Source: Nevskiales bacterium
GTDB lineage: Bacteria; Pseudomonadota; Gammaproteobacteria; Nevskiales; DATLYR01
Length of the DNA: 61,502 bases
NCBI GenBank assembly: GCA_035574475.1
Contig: DATLYR010000164.1
Span: 1 to 61,502, forward strand
Direction of reading: 5' to 3'
The notes under the pieces are model-generated. The model was not told the DNA's origin. It worked only from the letters and a program-made list of their open reading frames with translations, and ran no database searches. A program made the position numbers and the translations under genes. Shown piece by piece: positions 25,685 through 34,980 of this stretch (position 1 is the first letter of the stretch; every line of letters begins with the position of its first letter).

Positions 25685-26052
25685 GTTCTCTTTCACTCCT
25701 TCAACTCCCCAGCCGCTGCAGTGCCGACGGCGTGAGGTAGTCCTCATACACGCCCGGGTCATTGACCTTCATGGCGTGCCCGCCCGCCACTTCCCAAACC
25801 TGCTCGATACGCGTCATGCGCTTGGTCTGCCGTTGAAGGCATGCACCGTGGTCCATGACCAATAGGCGTTTCGTCCATCACGAACCCGACCGCGGCCGTC
25901 GTCATAGACGGCATAGGCGCTGGCGACCGATTCCGTTCGCATGAAGGCGGCCCAGGGGGAGGACAGCAGTCCGGCGCCGGCGATCCGGCGTAGCGATCGC
26001 CGCAGGAATGCGCGACGGCTGCGCGAGAGGACGCTTTCCATCTCGCCTCTCG

Positions 26053-26391
26053 TCACGCAGCAGCGACGCATTCCGCGCTGACCTGCCGTGCCGCCTCCTC
26101 CCGGGTATAAAAGCGTCCGTCGCGCACGAAGCCCGAGGTGACGGAAGCCTTGATCGCCGCCACGCGACCGGCGGCGTCGCGCGCCACCACGAGCTCGTCG
26201 GGCAGGCCATCCAGCAGATGACAGGGCGCCTGTCGCCCGTCCGCGAAGCGGGAGAGGTAGACGATGTCGGTCTGGGTGTCGTGGAACGCGGGTTGGAAAC
26301 CATGGCTGCGGTTCTCGGCGCTGACGCCGCCGCTGCCGCGGAAGGTTCGGGTTTCCTGTTCCAGCACCTGCCCGGTCATGACTCGATTCAT
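26053..26391 (-). CDS. conserved-looking hypothetical protein (112 aa)
   Basis: MNRVMTGQVLEQETRTFRGSGGVSAENRSHGFQPAFHDTQTDIVYLSRFADGRQAPCHLLDGLPDELV... The composition looks coding, but I recognised no family. Confidence 0.45.
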   Translation of the reverse strand: MNRVMTGQVLEQETRTFRGSGGVSAENRSHGFQPAFHDTQTDIVYLSRFADGRQAPCHLLDGLPDELVVARDAAGRVAAIKASVTSGFVRDGRFYTREEAARQVSAECVAAA

Positions 26392-26728
26392 CTGCTTGCT
26401 CCGCTCACTGCCATCCTACGTTGCTTCTGTCTGAACTCTACTTTTCCTTGGGAAGGGGTTTCACCACTCGCGCGGGTAGAAGGGGCGCAACCGATGGGGG
26501 GACAGTCGGGTAGTGGCGCCGGGCGGCAGGACTTTGGAAACATTTGGGCATAAACTACAAACGTGATCCGCGCCACGGTGCTGCAACGCAGCAGCATCGA
26601 TCCCCCGATGTGTGGCGAGGATGCTCCGGCCTTCAGGCCGGAGTGACTCACAAGACAAACGATATTGGAGACAGACAAGCCAATGCTGCGCCGCTTTTCC
26701 CAAAACGGGCAGCGCTCGGGGACCCGCC

Positions 26729-29575
26729 ATGACCAAATCCGTACCCAAGCAACTGCGCCCGGTGCCCGCGACAGATAATCCACCCACCCAGAGCGCCACC
26801 CCAGTCCGCCAGAAGCTCTTCGTCACCACCAAACTGCGCCCGCCCACCAACAAGGCGAACCTGATCGAGCGCCCGCGGCTGATGGAGATCCTCGGCCACA
26901 CCCTGTCGCGCAAGCTGGCGTTGATCCACGCGCCTGCCGGCTTCGGCAAGACGACGCTAGCCGCGCAGTGGCACGACCGGCTTCACGCCACGGGCATCAC
27001 GGTCGCCTGGCTGGCCATCGATGCCGCCGATAACGACCTGGAGCGTTTCCTCGCCTACGTCGTCGAGGCGATCCGCGCCGCCGAGCCGGACATCGGCGCG
27101 GGCCTCACGGAGGTGATCGAGTCCAATCCCGGCAACGCCGCCGAGTTCGTGCTGGGGGACCTCATCAACGAGTTCGAGCTCTATGACAAGGAGTTCGTAC
27201 TGTTCCTCGACGACTGGCACCTGATCCATGAGCCCAAGATCCACCAGGCCCTGGAGCTGTTCCTCTCGCGCGTGCCGCCCAATTTCCACTTGGTGGTGAC
27301 CAGCCGCAGCCGGGCCGGCATTCCTCTGGCGCGCCTGCGGGTGCAGAACGAGTTGGTGGAGATCAATGCCGCGGACCTGCGCTTCGACTACACGGAATCG
27401 AGCACCTTCCTCTCGGACGCGAAGGCGCTGCAGCTGGGCGCCGAGGACCTGGAGGTCCTGTGGCGCAGCACCGAGGGCTGGGTCGCCGCGCTGCAGCTCG
27501 CCTCGATCTCCCTGCGCAGCGCCGGCGACCGGGATCGCATCCTGCGCTGGGTGGCGGGCACGCCCCACGATATCGGCGAATATCTCGCCGAGAACGTGCT
27601 GGACAGCCTGCCGAAGGACCTCGTCGACTTCATGCTCAAGACGAGCATCCTCGGACGGCTCTCCGGCGAGCTCTGCCGCGCCGTCACCGGCGAGGCGGCC
27701 AGCGCCCAGTTCCTGGATGCGCTGGAGCGGCAGGAGCTGTTCCTGCTGCCGCTCGATGAGGAGCGGCAGTGGTTCCGCTACCACCACCTGTTCGCCCGCT
27801 TCCTGCAGCGCCGGCTGGAAAGGGAGCACCCCGGCCTGATGCCCAAGCTGCATCTCGCCGCCTCCGACTGGTTCGCCGCCCACGGCCAGACGGCGGAGGC
27901 GCTGGCCCACGCCCTGGCGGCAGATGAGGTGGAGCGGGCCATCGCCCTGGTGGAGAAGGACGCCATGGCACTGATGCAGAACAGCTACATGTCCACCCTG
28001 CTCGGCCTGGTGGCGCAGCTGCCCCAGGCCCGGCTGTTCGACCGGCCCATCCTGCAGACCGCCGTCGCCTGGGCCCACTGCCTCACCCACCACCCGCACG
28101 AATCCGAGGAGGCGCTGGCCCACGTGATCCGCGTGGCGTCGACGCAACCCCCGCAGACGCAGAAGCTGCTCCTCGGCGAGGCCAACGTCATCCGCGCCTG
28201 CAACGGCGTCTATGCTGACCGCATCGACGACGTGGAGACCATGGTGAGGCCCTGCCTCAACGAAAGCGCCATCTATTCGCCCTGGGTCGTCGGCGTGGCG
28301 GCCAACATCCTGACCTACCGCCACATCCACACCTACCAGTTCGACAAGGTGGCACCGCTGCAGACCTGGGCACGCGACTACCAGGACCGCGCCCAGGGGC
28401 TGTTCAGCGGCGTCTATGGCCGCTGCTTCTCCGGCATCGCCGCCTGCTGGGCCGGCGACCTGGCGCTGGGCAAGAAGCACTTTCTCGACGCGCTGGTGCT
28501 GGCCCGGGACACCGCCGGCCGGCAATCCCACGCCGCCCGGCTCGCCGGCGCCCTGCTCGGGCAACTGAAGTACGAAGCCAACGAGCTGGAGGAGACAGAG
28601 CAGCTCCTGCAGGAAAGCCGCATCCTGGGATTCGAGGGCGGCGTGGTGGACTTCTATCTGGCGACCTTCATCTCCACCTGCCGGCTTATGGTGCAGAAGG
28701 GCGACTACGCCGAGGCCAGCGCTATCCTGCAGGAGGGCGAGGATACGGCCCGGCATCTGCGCCTCGACCGCCTGGCCATGGCGGTGGCCGGCGAGCGCGT
28801 GCGGCTCAGCCTACTGGTCGGAGACATCCGTGGGGCGGAACGTACCCTAGCCGACTTCGACGGGCGTTTCGCCGGCGCGGAGCCCCCCGTCGCCGGCATC
28901 GCTGCCCAGATCTGGGACTACCGGGAGATGGCCCGGGCGCGGCTGCTGTGCGAACAGGGATATCCGGAACAGGCGGTGACCATCCTGCGCACCCAGTCGC
29001 GCCGCGCCCAGGACAGCGGGCGCAAGTACCATGAGGTCGCCATCAATGTCCTGCTGGCCATTGCCCTGGATGTGGCCGGCCAGGGGGCGGACGCGGAGGA
29101 GACGCTGGCGCGCACCGTCGCCGACGCGGTCCCGCGCGGCATCATCCGCACCTTCCTCGACGAGGGACCGCGCGTGGTGGTGATCCTGGAACGCCTGCGC
29201 GAGAAGGCGCGCCGCCATCAGGCGGCCGCCGGCGGGCTGCCGGAGTTCGGCGCCTCGGCCAATCTGCTGGTCACCACCAGCCGCCACCCGGACCGCGGAC
29301 TGCCCTTGCTCGTCGCCTCGCGAGCACCCGCAACTTCAACGGAATACGGCGCCCGCACCCGCGCCCCGTTCGACGACAGCCTGAAACGGCGCGAGATCGA
29401 CATCATCCGCTTCCTCGACCAGGGCCGTTCCAACAAGGAAATCGCCCGCGCGCTGGGCATCAGCGTCGATACGGTGAAGTGGTACCTGAAGGCGATCTTC
29501 TGCAAGCTGGGCGTGGCCCGTCGCGGCCAGGCCATCGCCGAGGCGCGGCGGTTGCGGTTGCTGGATGAGCCGTGA
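26729..29575 (+). CDS. large ATP-binding LuxR-family (MalT/LAL-type) transcriptional activator
   Basis: Start MTKSVPKQ at 26729. Walker A HAPAGFGKTTLAAQW, a Walker B-like FVLFLDDWH, a long helical/TPR-like middle, and a C-terminal LuxR HTH (REIDIIRFLDQGRSNKEIARALGISVDTVKWYLKAIFCKLGV). Confidence 0.85.
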   Translation: MTKSVPKQLRPVPATDNPPTQSATPVRQKLFVTTKLRPPTNKANLIERPRLMEILGHTLSRKLALIHAPAGFGKTTLAAQWHDRLHATGITVAWLAIDAADNDLERFLAYVVEAIRAAEPDIGAGLTEVIESNPGNAAEFVLGDLINEFELYDKEFVLFLDDWHLIHEPKIHQALELFLSRVPPNFHLVVTSRSRAGIPLARLRVQNELVEINAADLRFDYTESSTFLSDAKALQLGAEDLEVLWRSTEGWVAALQLASISLRSAGDRDRILRWVAGTPHDIGEYLAENVLDSLPKDLVDFMLKTSILGRLSGELCRAVTGEAASAQFLDALERQELFLLPLDEERQWFRYHHLFARFLQRRLEREHPGLMPKLHLAASDWFAAHGQTAEALAHALAADEVERAIALVEKDAMALMQNSYMSTLLGLVAQLPQARLFDRPILQTAVAWAHCLTHHPHESEEALAHVIRVASTQPPQTQKLLLGEANVIRACNGVYADRIDDVETMVRPCLNESAIYSPWVVGVAANILTYRHIHTYQFDKVAPLQTWARDYQDRAQGLFSGVYGRCFSGIAACWAGDLALGKKHFLDALVLARDTAGRQSHAARLAGALLGQLKYEANELEETEQLLQESRILGFEGGVVDFYLATFISTCRLMVQKGDYAEASAILQEGEDTARHLRLDRLAMAVAGERVRLSLLVGDIRGAERTLADFDGRFAGAEPPVAGIAAQIWDYREMARARLLCEQGYPEQAVTILRTQSRRAQDSGRKYHEVAINVLLAIALDVAGQGADAEETLARTVADAVPRGIIRTFLDEGPRVVVILERLREKARRHQAAAGGLPEFGASANLLVTTSRHPDRGLPLLVASRAPATSTEYGARTRAPFDDSLKRREIDIIRFLDQGRSNKEIARALGISVDTVKWYLKAIFCKLGVARRGQAIAEARRLRLLDEP

Positions 29576-29755
29576 GGCAGGGGCGGATCGGGTTCCCGAG
29601 AAGGCCTCTCCTTGCATTTTGAGCGGCGTCCTGCGCCGCAGCCGCCTACCCGCCAACGTCAATCGACCGGATGATCCTCGCCACGTCCTCCAGGTGTTTC
29701 CCATAATAGTGCTCGCGCGTGCCCAGGTACATGATCAGCTGCAGCCGCTGCGCGA

Positions 29756-30220
29756 TCACTGCGCCCGCAACGAGCCCCGCCCTTCGAGCCCGTCGCGGTA
29801 CAGGAAATCGGGTTCGAAGCGAAAACCGGGCAGCCGGCCGAAGTCGGCGGGCCGCAGGTTGTGCGCCTGCAGCTGCGTGTATCCGGCGTGTGCCAGGCTG
29901 TCGAGCGTGAACTCCATGATTTCGTGCGGGGTCATTTCCGGGCTGAACAGCGGCCGCTGCCTCTGGTCCCTCGCGGCCGCCTCCAGCGGCGCGCCCTTGC
30001 GGATCCCTTTGATGAAGTAAAGCGCTTGCAACGCGGGACCGTCAGCGGTCCAGGTCTCGATGTTGCCGCGCCGGAACCGGCTCCACGCAATTTGCGGATC
30101 CACGGTGTATGGATCGCCCAGTCCGACGCGCCCGGGTTTCGTCCCGTTCGGGGCGGCGCACCCCGCCGACAAAGCGAGAACCATGAGCGCTGCGGCATGC
30201 CGAGGCATCGCGGTCGTCAT
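29756..30220 (-). CDS. lipoprotein of unknown function, probably frameshifted near its 3' end
   Basis: Lipobox LALSAGC. After ..DGLEGRG the +1 frame continues plausibly (AGLVAGAVIAQRLQLIMYLGTREHYYGKHLEDVARIIRSIDVGG*) down to 29646. The likely slip site is a G-run at about 29775-29790. Confidence 0.5.
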   Translation of the reverse strand: MTTAMPRHAAALMVLALSAGCAAPNGTKPGRVGLGDPYTVDPQIAWSRFRRGNIETWTADGPALQALYFIKGIRKGAPLEAAARDQRQRPLFSPEMTPHEIMEFTLDSLAHAGYTQLQAHNLRPADFGRLPGFRFEPDFLYRDGLEGRGSLRAQ

Positions 30221-30905
30221 GGGGAGCGCTCCAGATAGCTGCGCACCATCGCCCGGTCCTCGGCATCGGGCTCGAGCTCCAGGTAGCGCCCCAGGAGCCG
30301 CCGCGCCTCCTGCCTTTCACCGGATTTCAAGGCCAGCAGGCCGAGGGCGCGGTAGGCTTCGGCAGAAACGTCGGCGTACGGCAGCGCTTTGCGGTATGCC
30401 GCCTTGGCCTGCTCGTCGTCCCCCGGCTTGCCGCGAAGGCGGTAGAGCTCTTCCTGATCCCTTTCCCGCAGCAGCGCCTGCCAGAGCTTGGCCGCCTCGC
30501 GCGCGTCGTAGCCCGCCGCGGTGGCAAGATCGAAACCAATCTCGTCCGCCTCCCGCTCGGCATCCCGAGAGAACTTAAGATGCTGCCAAGGGTGGCGAGC
30601 TGCGCGACGTCCTGGACATAGCCCGGCGCGCCGGCCATGCCACTCAACAGGCCGAAGTACGTGGACAGATCGGATTTGCGCCGTACGTCGCGCCACGCCT
30701 GGAGGGTGTGCCGGCGCAGGTAGTCGCCCAGCTCGTGTCCGAGCACGTAGGCCAGCTGCGCCTCGTTCTCGGCGCGGCAGCAAACCGCTCCAGACCTGCA
30801 TGACCCCGTTGGGCGCCATGGAGGCGTTGAACTCGGAAACGCGCATGAGGTAGACGGGCACGTCGCTGCAGCGCGGCCCGGCGAGATGGCCGTCTTCCGG
30901 AATTC
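30217..30905 (-). pseudogene. M48-family metallopeptidase with TPR tail: N-terminally truncated, two frameshifts, mutated HExxH
   Basis: Frame A gives ..VYLMRVSEFNASMAPNGVMQVWSGLL. Frame B gives LGHELGDYLRRHTLQAW..., so HExxH has become HELGD. Frame A resumes with FSRDAEREADEIGFDL... plus TPR-like repeats. Confidence 0.65.
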
Positions 30906-30958
30906 GGATTAAGGAATGCTCACCTTAACCATGGGATATTCATTTCCAATATAGCCGC

Positions 30959-32041
30959 TCAAGGCAAGATGGCGACCTTGATGACGCCATCGCGCTGGTT
31001 GCCGAACACCTCATACGCCTTTTCAATATCGTCCAGTCTGAAGCGATGGGTGATCAGTGGCGTCATGTCGACCCGCCCCGACTGCACAACATTGATCATG
31101 CGGCGCATGCGCTCCTTTCCGCCCGGGCACAGCGTCGTGATGATCTTGTGGTCGCCGACACCGGCCGCGAAGGCGTCCACCGGAATCACGAGGTTGCCGG
31201 AATAAACACCGAGGCTGGACAATGTGCCGCCCGGACGCAGCACCCGCAGAGCGTTCTCAAAGGTGACCTGGGTGCCCAGCGCCTCGATGGCAACATCGAC
31301 CCCTCGACCATCGGTCAGGCTTGCGATTTCCGCGACCGGATCGACCTCCTTGTAATTCACCACGATGTCGGCCCCCATGCGCTTTGCCATTTCCATGCGG
31401 GACGGCACCGAATCTACCGCGATGATGGTCGTAGCCCCTTTCAGCTTGGCCCCTGCAATGGCGCACAGGCCGACCGGACCGCAGGCGAAGACGGCCACCG
31501 TGTCGCCGATGCCGACCTTCGCCCGCTCGGAGGCTGAGAAGCCGGTCGACATGATGTCCGGGCACATGAGCACCTGCTCGTCGGTCAGGCCGTCCGGAAT
31601 CGGCGCCAGGTTGACCATGGCGTTGGGCACCAGGAGATATTCAGCCTGTGAGCCATCCATGCTGTTGCCGAACTGCCAGCCGCCCGCCACCTTCAAGCCA
31701 TGCTTCGCATGGCCGCCGTCCTGCGCACCGCAACCACAAAGCGAGCCATAACCGTAGCCGCTGGGCGTGAGTGCCGGCACGACTACCCGCTGCCCTTCCG
31801 TGTAGTCTTTGACACAGGAGCCGAGTTTTTCGATGACACCGATGGGCTCATGGCCAAAGACCACGCCTTCCTTTTCCACCGGCAGCTCACCCTTGAGGAT
31901 ATGGACGTCGGTGCCGCAGATCGTCGTCATGGTGATGCGGACGAGAGCGTCCAGCGGCCCCACCTCGGGGATGGGAATCTCGTCGAGAACCAGGCGACCC
32001 TTTCCAACAAAGCGTGCTGCTTTCATTCTCTTCGGAAACAT
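30959..32041 (-). CDS. Zn-dependent medium-chain alcohol dehydrogenase (secondary-alcohol dehydrogenase-like)
   Basis: 360 aa. Motifs CGTDVH, GHEPIGVIE, FACGPVGL and AVDSVPSRMEMAKRMGA are present. A GGGGGAGA RBS precedes the ATG at 32041. Confidence 0.9.
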   Translation of the reverse strand: MFPKRMKAARFVGKGRLVLDEIPIPEVGPLDALVRITMTTICGTDVHILKGELPVEKEGVVFGHEPIGVIEKLGSCVKDYTEGQRVVVPALTPSGYGYGSLCGCGAQDGGHAKHGLKVAGGWQFGNSMDGSQAEYLLVPNAMVNLAPIPDGLTDEQVLMCPDIMSTGFSASERAKVGIGDTVAVFACGPVGLCAIAGAKLKGATTIIAVDSVPSRMEMAKRMGADIVVNYKEVDPVAEIASLTDGRGVDVAIEALGTQVTFENALRVLRPGGTLSSLGVYSGNLVIPVDAFAAGVGDHKIITTLCPGGKERMRRMINVVQSGRVDMTPLITHRFRLDDIEKAYEVFGNQRDGVIKVAILP

Positions 32042-32093
32042 CTGTTCTCCCCCGATGCATTAGCGAAAGCAAGCCGGCCGGAAAGCCGGCCGT

Positions 32094-32522
32094 TCATGCC
32101 GGCCGGGCCTCACAGGCACGGCCGGTACTGCATTCCGGACAACGTAGGCAAAAGCTCCGATTGAGGAGATGGCCGATGACCAAGCACAGGCTGCCGGCCA
32201 CCGTCACCGGCATCTCCCACTCCTCGCCGAACATCGCATGAGCGACGAAGGCGGCGAACCCGATCTGCGCCACGCCGCCGACGATCAGCAGCAGCGGCGC
32301 CAATCGGCGATGCAGGCAATAGCCCGGCAAGGCGGCCAGTGCAGCAGGGATGACCAGCCCGATGGCCAGAATCTGGTGAGTCGCCTCGCTGCCCGGCAGT
32401 ACGGATGCGAAGGCCGGCAGCGCCGCAATCAGGAAAGGCAGGCCGAGGCAGTGGAGCAGACAGACCAACGATGCGGAAATGCCTATGGCATCCCATTCGA
32501 CACGTACAGTGTTGGCGTTCAT
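32094..32522 (-). CDS. MerC-domain membrane protein with a Cys-rich C-terminal tail
   Basis: 142 aa with 4 TM helices. SASLVCLLHCLGLPFL fits the MerC-family Cys motif. The tail is NRSFCLRCPECSTGRAC. Confidence 0.65.
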   Translation of the reverse strand: MNANTVRVEWDAIGISASLVCLLHCLGLPFLIAALPAFASVLPGSEATHQILAIGLVIPAALAALPGYCLHRRLAPLLLIVGGVAQIGFAAFVAHAMFGEEWEMPVTVAGSLCLVIGHLLNRSFCLRCPECSTGRACEARPA

Positions 32523-32593
32523 GGTGTTTTCTCAGCCGACAAAGGGATCAATACCGGCCATGGGCAGCGCCCCATGGCCGGGCATGCACGGCC

Positions 32594-34870
32594 TCAGGCC
32601 CCCGCCATTTCCTTCCTGAGCGCTTCCAGCTGCGCTTCCAGGGCGGCGATACGACGATCCTTGGGATTGGAGATCCTCACCCCGCGCAGCTCGCTGGCCT
32701 TCATGACCACCCGTTCGCCCCCGGGCGGCGTCGCATAGATCTCGCTGTCGTTGCCCCAACTGCCGAAGTAGGGCAATTCCTTCGGCGGCTCGTCCTTCAC
32801 CCACTGGGCGACAAAAGTGTCGTAGGGAATACCGCGGGCCTTGCGCGCCTGGCGTTCGGCATCGCGGGCGGCGCGGGTGGCATCCTCGTCCACCGCCAGG
32901 GTCTGGGGATCGAACACCACCTTGTAGATGCGGCTCGCCAGCTCGGGCGAGACCAGCTTCTCCTCCACATCCTTCATGACCAAGGCGGGCGAGCGCTCCA
33001 GCACGTCGCCGTAGCCGCCGCCAGCGCCCTGGCAGATCATGTAAATCTCGCCCTCGTGGCATTGCTCGAAGTTCATGCCGGCGTCCTGCATGATGTATTT
33101 GGCGCCGGGGATGGCCTGCTCGTTCATCAGCTCCACCATGCTGAACTTGAACAGTTCCGGCTGGCTCTTCAGGATGTCGAAGATGTTGATGCCCTTGATC
33201 TTGGCCAGCGGGTAGGCGGGGCAGCCGTAGCCACCGAACAGCCCGTAGGCCGACGGATGCTTGCCGCCGCACTGGCCGGTCATGAAGCCGAAGTTGTCGG
33301 TGCCCTTGACGGTGGAGACCTGCTCGTAGCCCATGCCGCCGCGGTACTTGCCCCAGCCCACCCGGTCCTTCGCCAGCTCCTGCGCCACCAGGCGCACGTA
33401 GGGCAGCTCCTCCTCCGCCACCTCGAACTCGCCGGTGTCGGACATGTAGCCGAATACCGGCGACAGCGAATGCTCGCCGTCCATGTTCTCGCGCGCCCCA
33501 CCGCCGTTGCCATTGATGTCGGCGCAGAAGTTGCCAGTCACCTCCAGGTGCTGGGTCAGGCCACCATAGACGAAAGTCGCCGGCTGGTTGTAGTGGTTGG
33601 CGTTGATGGCGGTGTAGCGCTTGGGCAGGCAGTAGGCGAACTTCGCCAGCACCATGCCGGGCGTGGACAGCGCGCGGAAGATGGGGATCAGGCTCATGGC
33701 GTTGGGCGCATCGACGGATGCGTCGATGAGCGAGTTGCGGTCGGTGAGCACCTCGATGGGGCTCAGCACGCCCTGGTTGGCCGGCAGATCGGGCCACACG
33801 TAGAGCACCAGGTTGGTCAGCAGGCAGGCCTTGACCGAGGCCAGCGCCGAGTTGATGGAGCGGTTCGACAGCTCGGGGCTGGCGCCGCGCAGATCCCAAA
33901 TCATCCGGTCGCCCTTGACGGTGATGGCCAGCGGGAACTTCGCCAGGATGTGCTCGCGCAGGTCGCCGTCGATCCAGGTGTTGATGCGGCAGGTGCCGTC
34001 CGGCAGCTCGGCGACACGGCGCCGCACTTCCGCCTCCGTATCCTCGAGAGTCTTGCGCAGGGTGGCGATGAGGTAGTCCTTGCCGAACTCCTCGATGATG
34101 GCCAGCACCCGCTCGCGCAGGCGCAGCACGGCGTGCAGCTTCACCTTCATGTCGGCCAGCTGCAGCTTGGGATCGCGCACCGAGTTCTGCAGGAAGTTGA
34201 CCAGGTCGCGCTTGAGCTCGAAGTTCTCCACCACCTTGAAGGGGCACATCTTCAGCCCCTCGTCGAACTTCGACTCGGCGATGGACGGCATACCGCCGGG
34301 TTCGATGGCGCCGTTCTCGCCCTCGTGGATGGTGGATCCCAGCCAGCACACCAGCTCCCCCTTGTAGAACAGCGGGATGAGCATGCTCTGGTCGGTGTTG
34401 TGGATGTTGCCGTAGCGGGAGTCGTTGTGGATGAAGCCGTCGCCCTCGCGCACGCCCACCGTCGGATCGTTCTTCCAGTACTTGAGGATGAACTTCACCG
34501 GATAGTGGCAGACAGCGGCGAAGGGCACGATGCCGTGGGGTCCCACCTGGGAAAGATCGCCCGAGGCGGTGAATACGGCGGACACCAGATCACCCCATTT
34601 GGCGCCGGGAGCCACGCCCATCTGCTCCACCATGTTGAAGGTCTCCTGCAGGGCGGAGCTCAAGCGATCGCGCACCAGGCTGATGCGATGGAGATCGAGC
34701 TCGCCGCTGCTCAGCAGCCGTTCCTCGGCCGGCGAGCGGGGCGAGATGCTGTGGTTGCGCATGATTTCGTCGTCGGGCGCGTAGAACAGCTGGTTCTCGA
34801 TGAGGAATTGATTGACCAGCTCCTGGTCGGCGACGGAGAGTTTGCCGGCATTTCCGTTTGAGAGATCCAT
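32594..34870 (-). CDS. ATP-dependent ketone carboxylase, hydantoinase-B/oxoprolinase-type subunit (AcxB-like)
   Basis: Start MDLSNGNAGK at 34870, 758 aa. It shows the HyuB-family pattern (DPKLQLADMKVKLHA, GGGARENMDGEHS, GGGYGD) and has a long C-terminal coiled tail. Confidence 0.9.
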   Translation of the reverse strand: MDLSNGNAGKLSVADQELVNQFLIENQLFYAPDDEIMRNHSISPRSPAEERLLSSGELDLHRISLVRDRLSSALQETFNMVEQMGVAPGAKWGDLVSAVFTASGDLSQVGPHGIVPFAAVCHYPVKFILKYWKNDPTVGVREGDGFIHNDSRYGNIHNTDQSMLIPLFYKGELVCWLGSTIHEGENGAIEPGGMPSIAESKFDEGLKMCPFKVVENFELKRDLVNFLQNSVRDPKLQLADMKVKLHAVLRLRERVLAIIEEFGKDYLIATLRKTLEDTEAEVRRRVAELPDGTCRINTWIDGDLREHILAKFPLAITVKGDRMIWDLRGASPELSNRSINSALASVKACLLTNLVLYVWPDLPANQGVLSPIEVLTDRNSLIDASVDAPNAMSLIPIFRALSTPGMVLAKFAYCLPKRYTAINANHYNQPATFVYGGLTQHLEVTGNFCADINGNGGGARENMDGEHSLSPVFGYMSDTGEFEVAEEELPYVRLVAQELAKDRVGWGKYRGGMGYEQVSTVKGTDNFGFMTGQCGGKHPSAYGLFGGYGCPAYPLAKIKGINIFDILKSQPELFKFSMVELMNEQAIPGAKYIMQDAGMNFEQCHEGEIYMICQGAGGGYGDVLERSPALVMKDVEEKLVSPELASRIYKVVFDPQTLAVDEDATRAARDAERQARKARGIPYDTFVAQWVKDEPPKELPYFGSWGNDSEIYATPPGGERVVMKASELRGVRISNPKDRRIAALEAQLEALRKEMAGA

Positions 34871-34906
34871 TGTCTTGCTCCTTGAGATTCTTCGTGTCCC
34901 GCGATT

Positions 34907-34978
34907 CCGTCGTTCCCGCGGAAGCGGGAACCCAGGGTTCTGCGTACGCTTCTGGATTCCCGCTTCCGCGGGAATGAC
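34907..34978. repeat. two inverted copies of a 28-nt REP element in the carboxylase intergenic spacer
   Basis: CGTCGTTCCCGCGGAAGCGGGAACCCAG (34907-34934) and the reverse complement of CGTCATTCCCGCGGAAGCGGGAATCCAG (34951-34978). They are 26/28 identical, and each copy is itself a hairpin. Confidence 0.7.
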
Positions 34979-34980
34979 GG

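Noticed and set aside
34907-34978. The palindromic repeats at 34907-34978, 51817-51911 and 56396-56428 might be a CRISPR array.
   Set aside because: There are only one or two copies per site, in inverted rather than direct orientation, with no regular spacers and no cas genes. They are REP-type extragenic palindromes.
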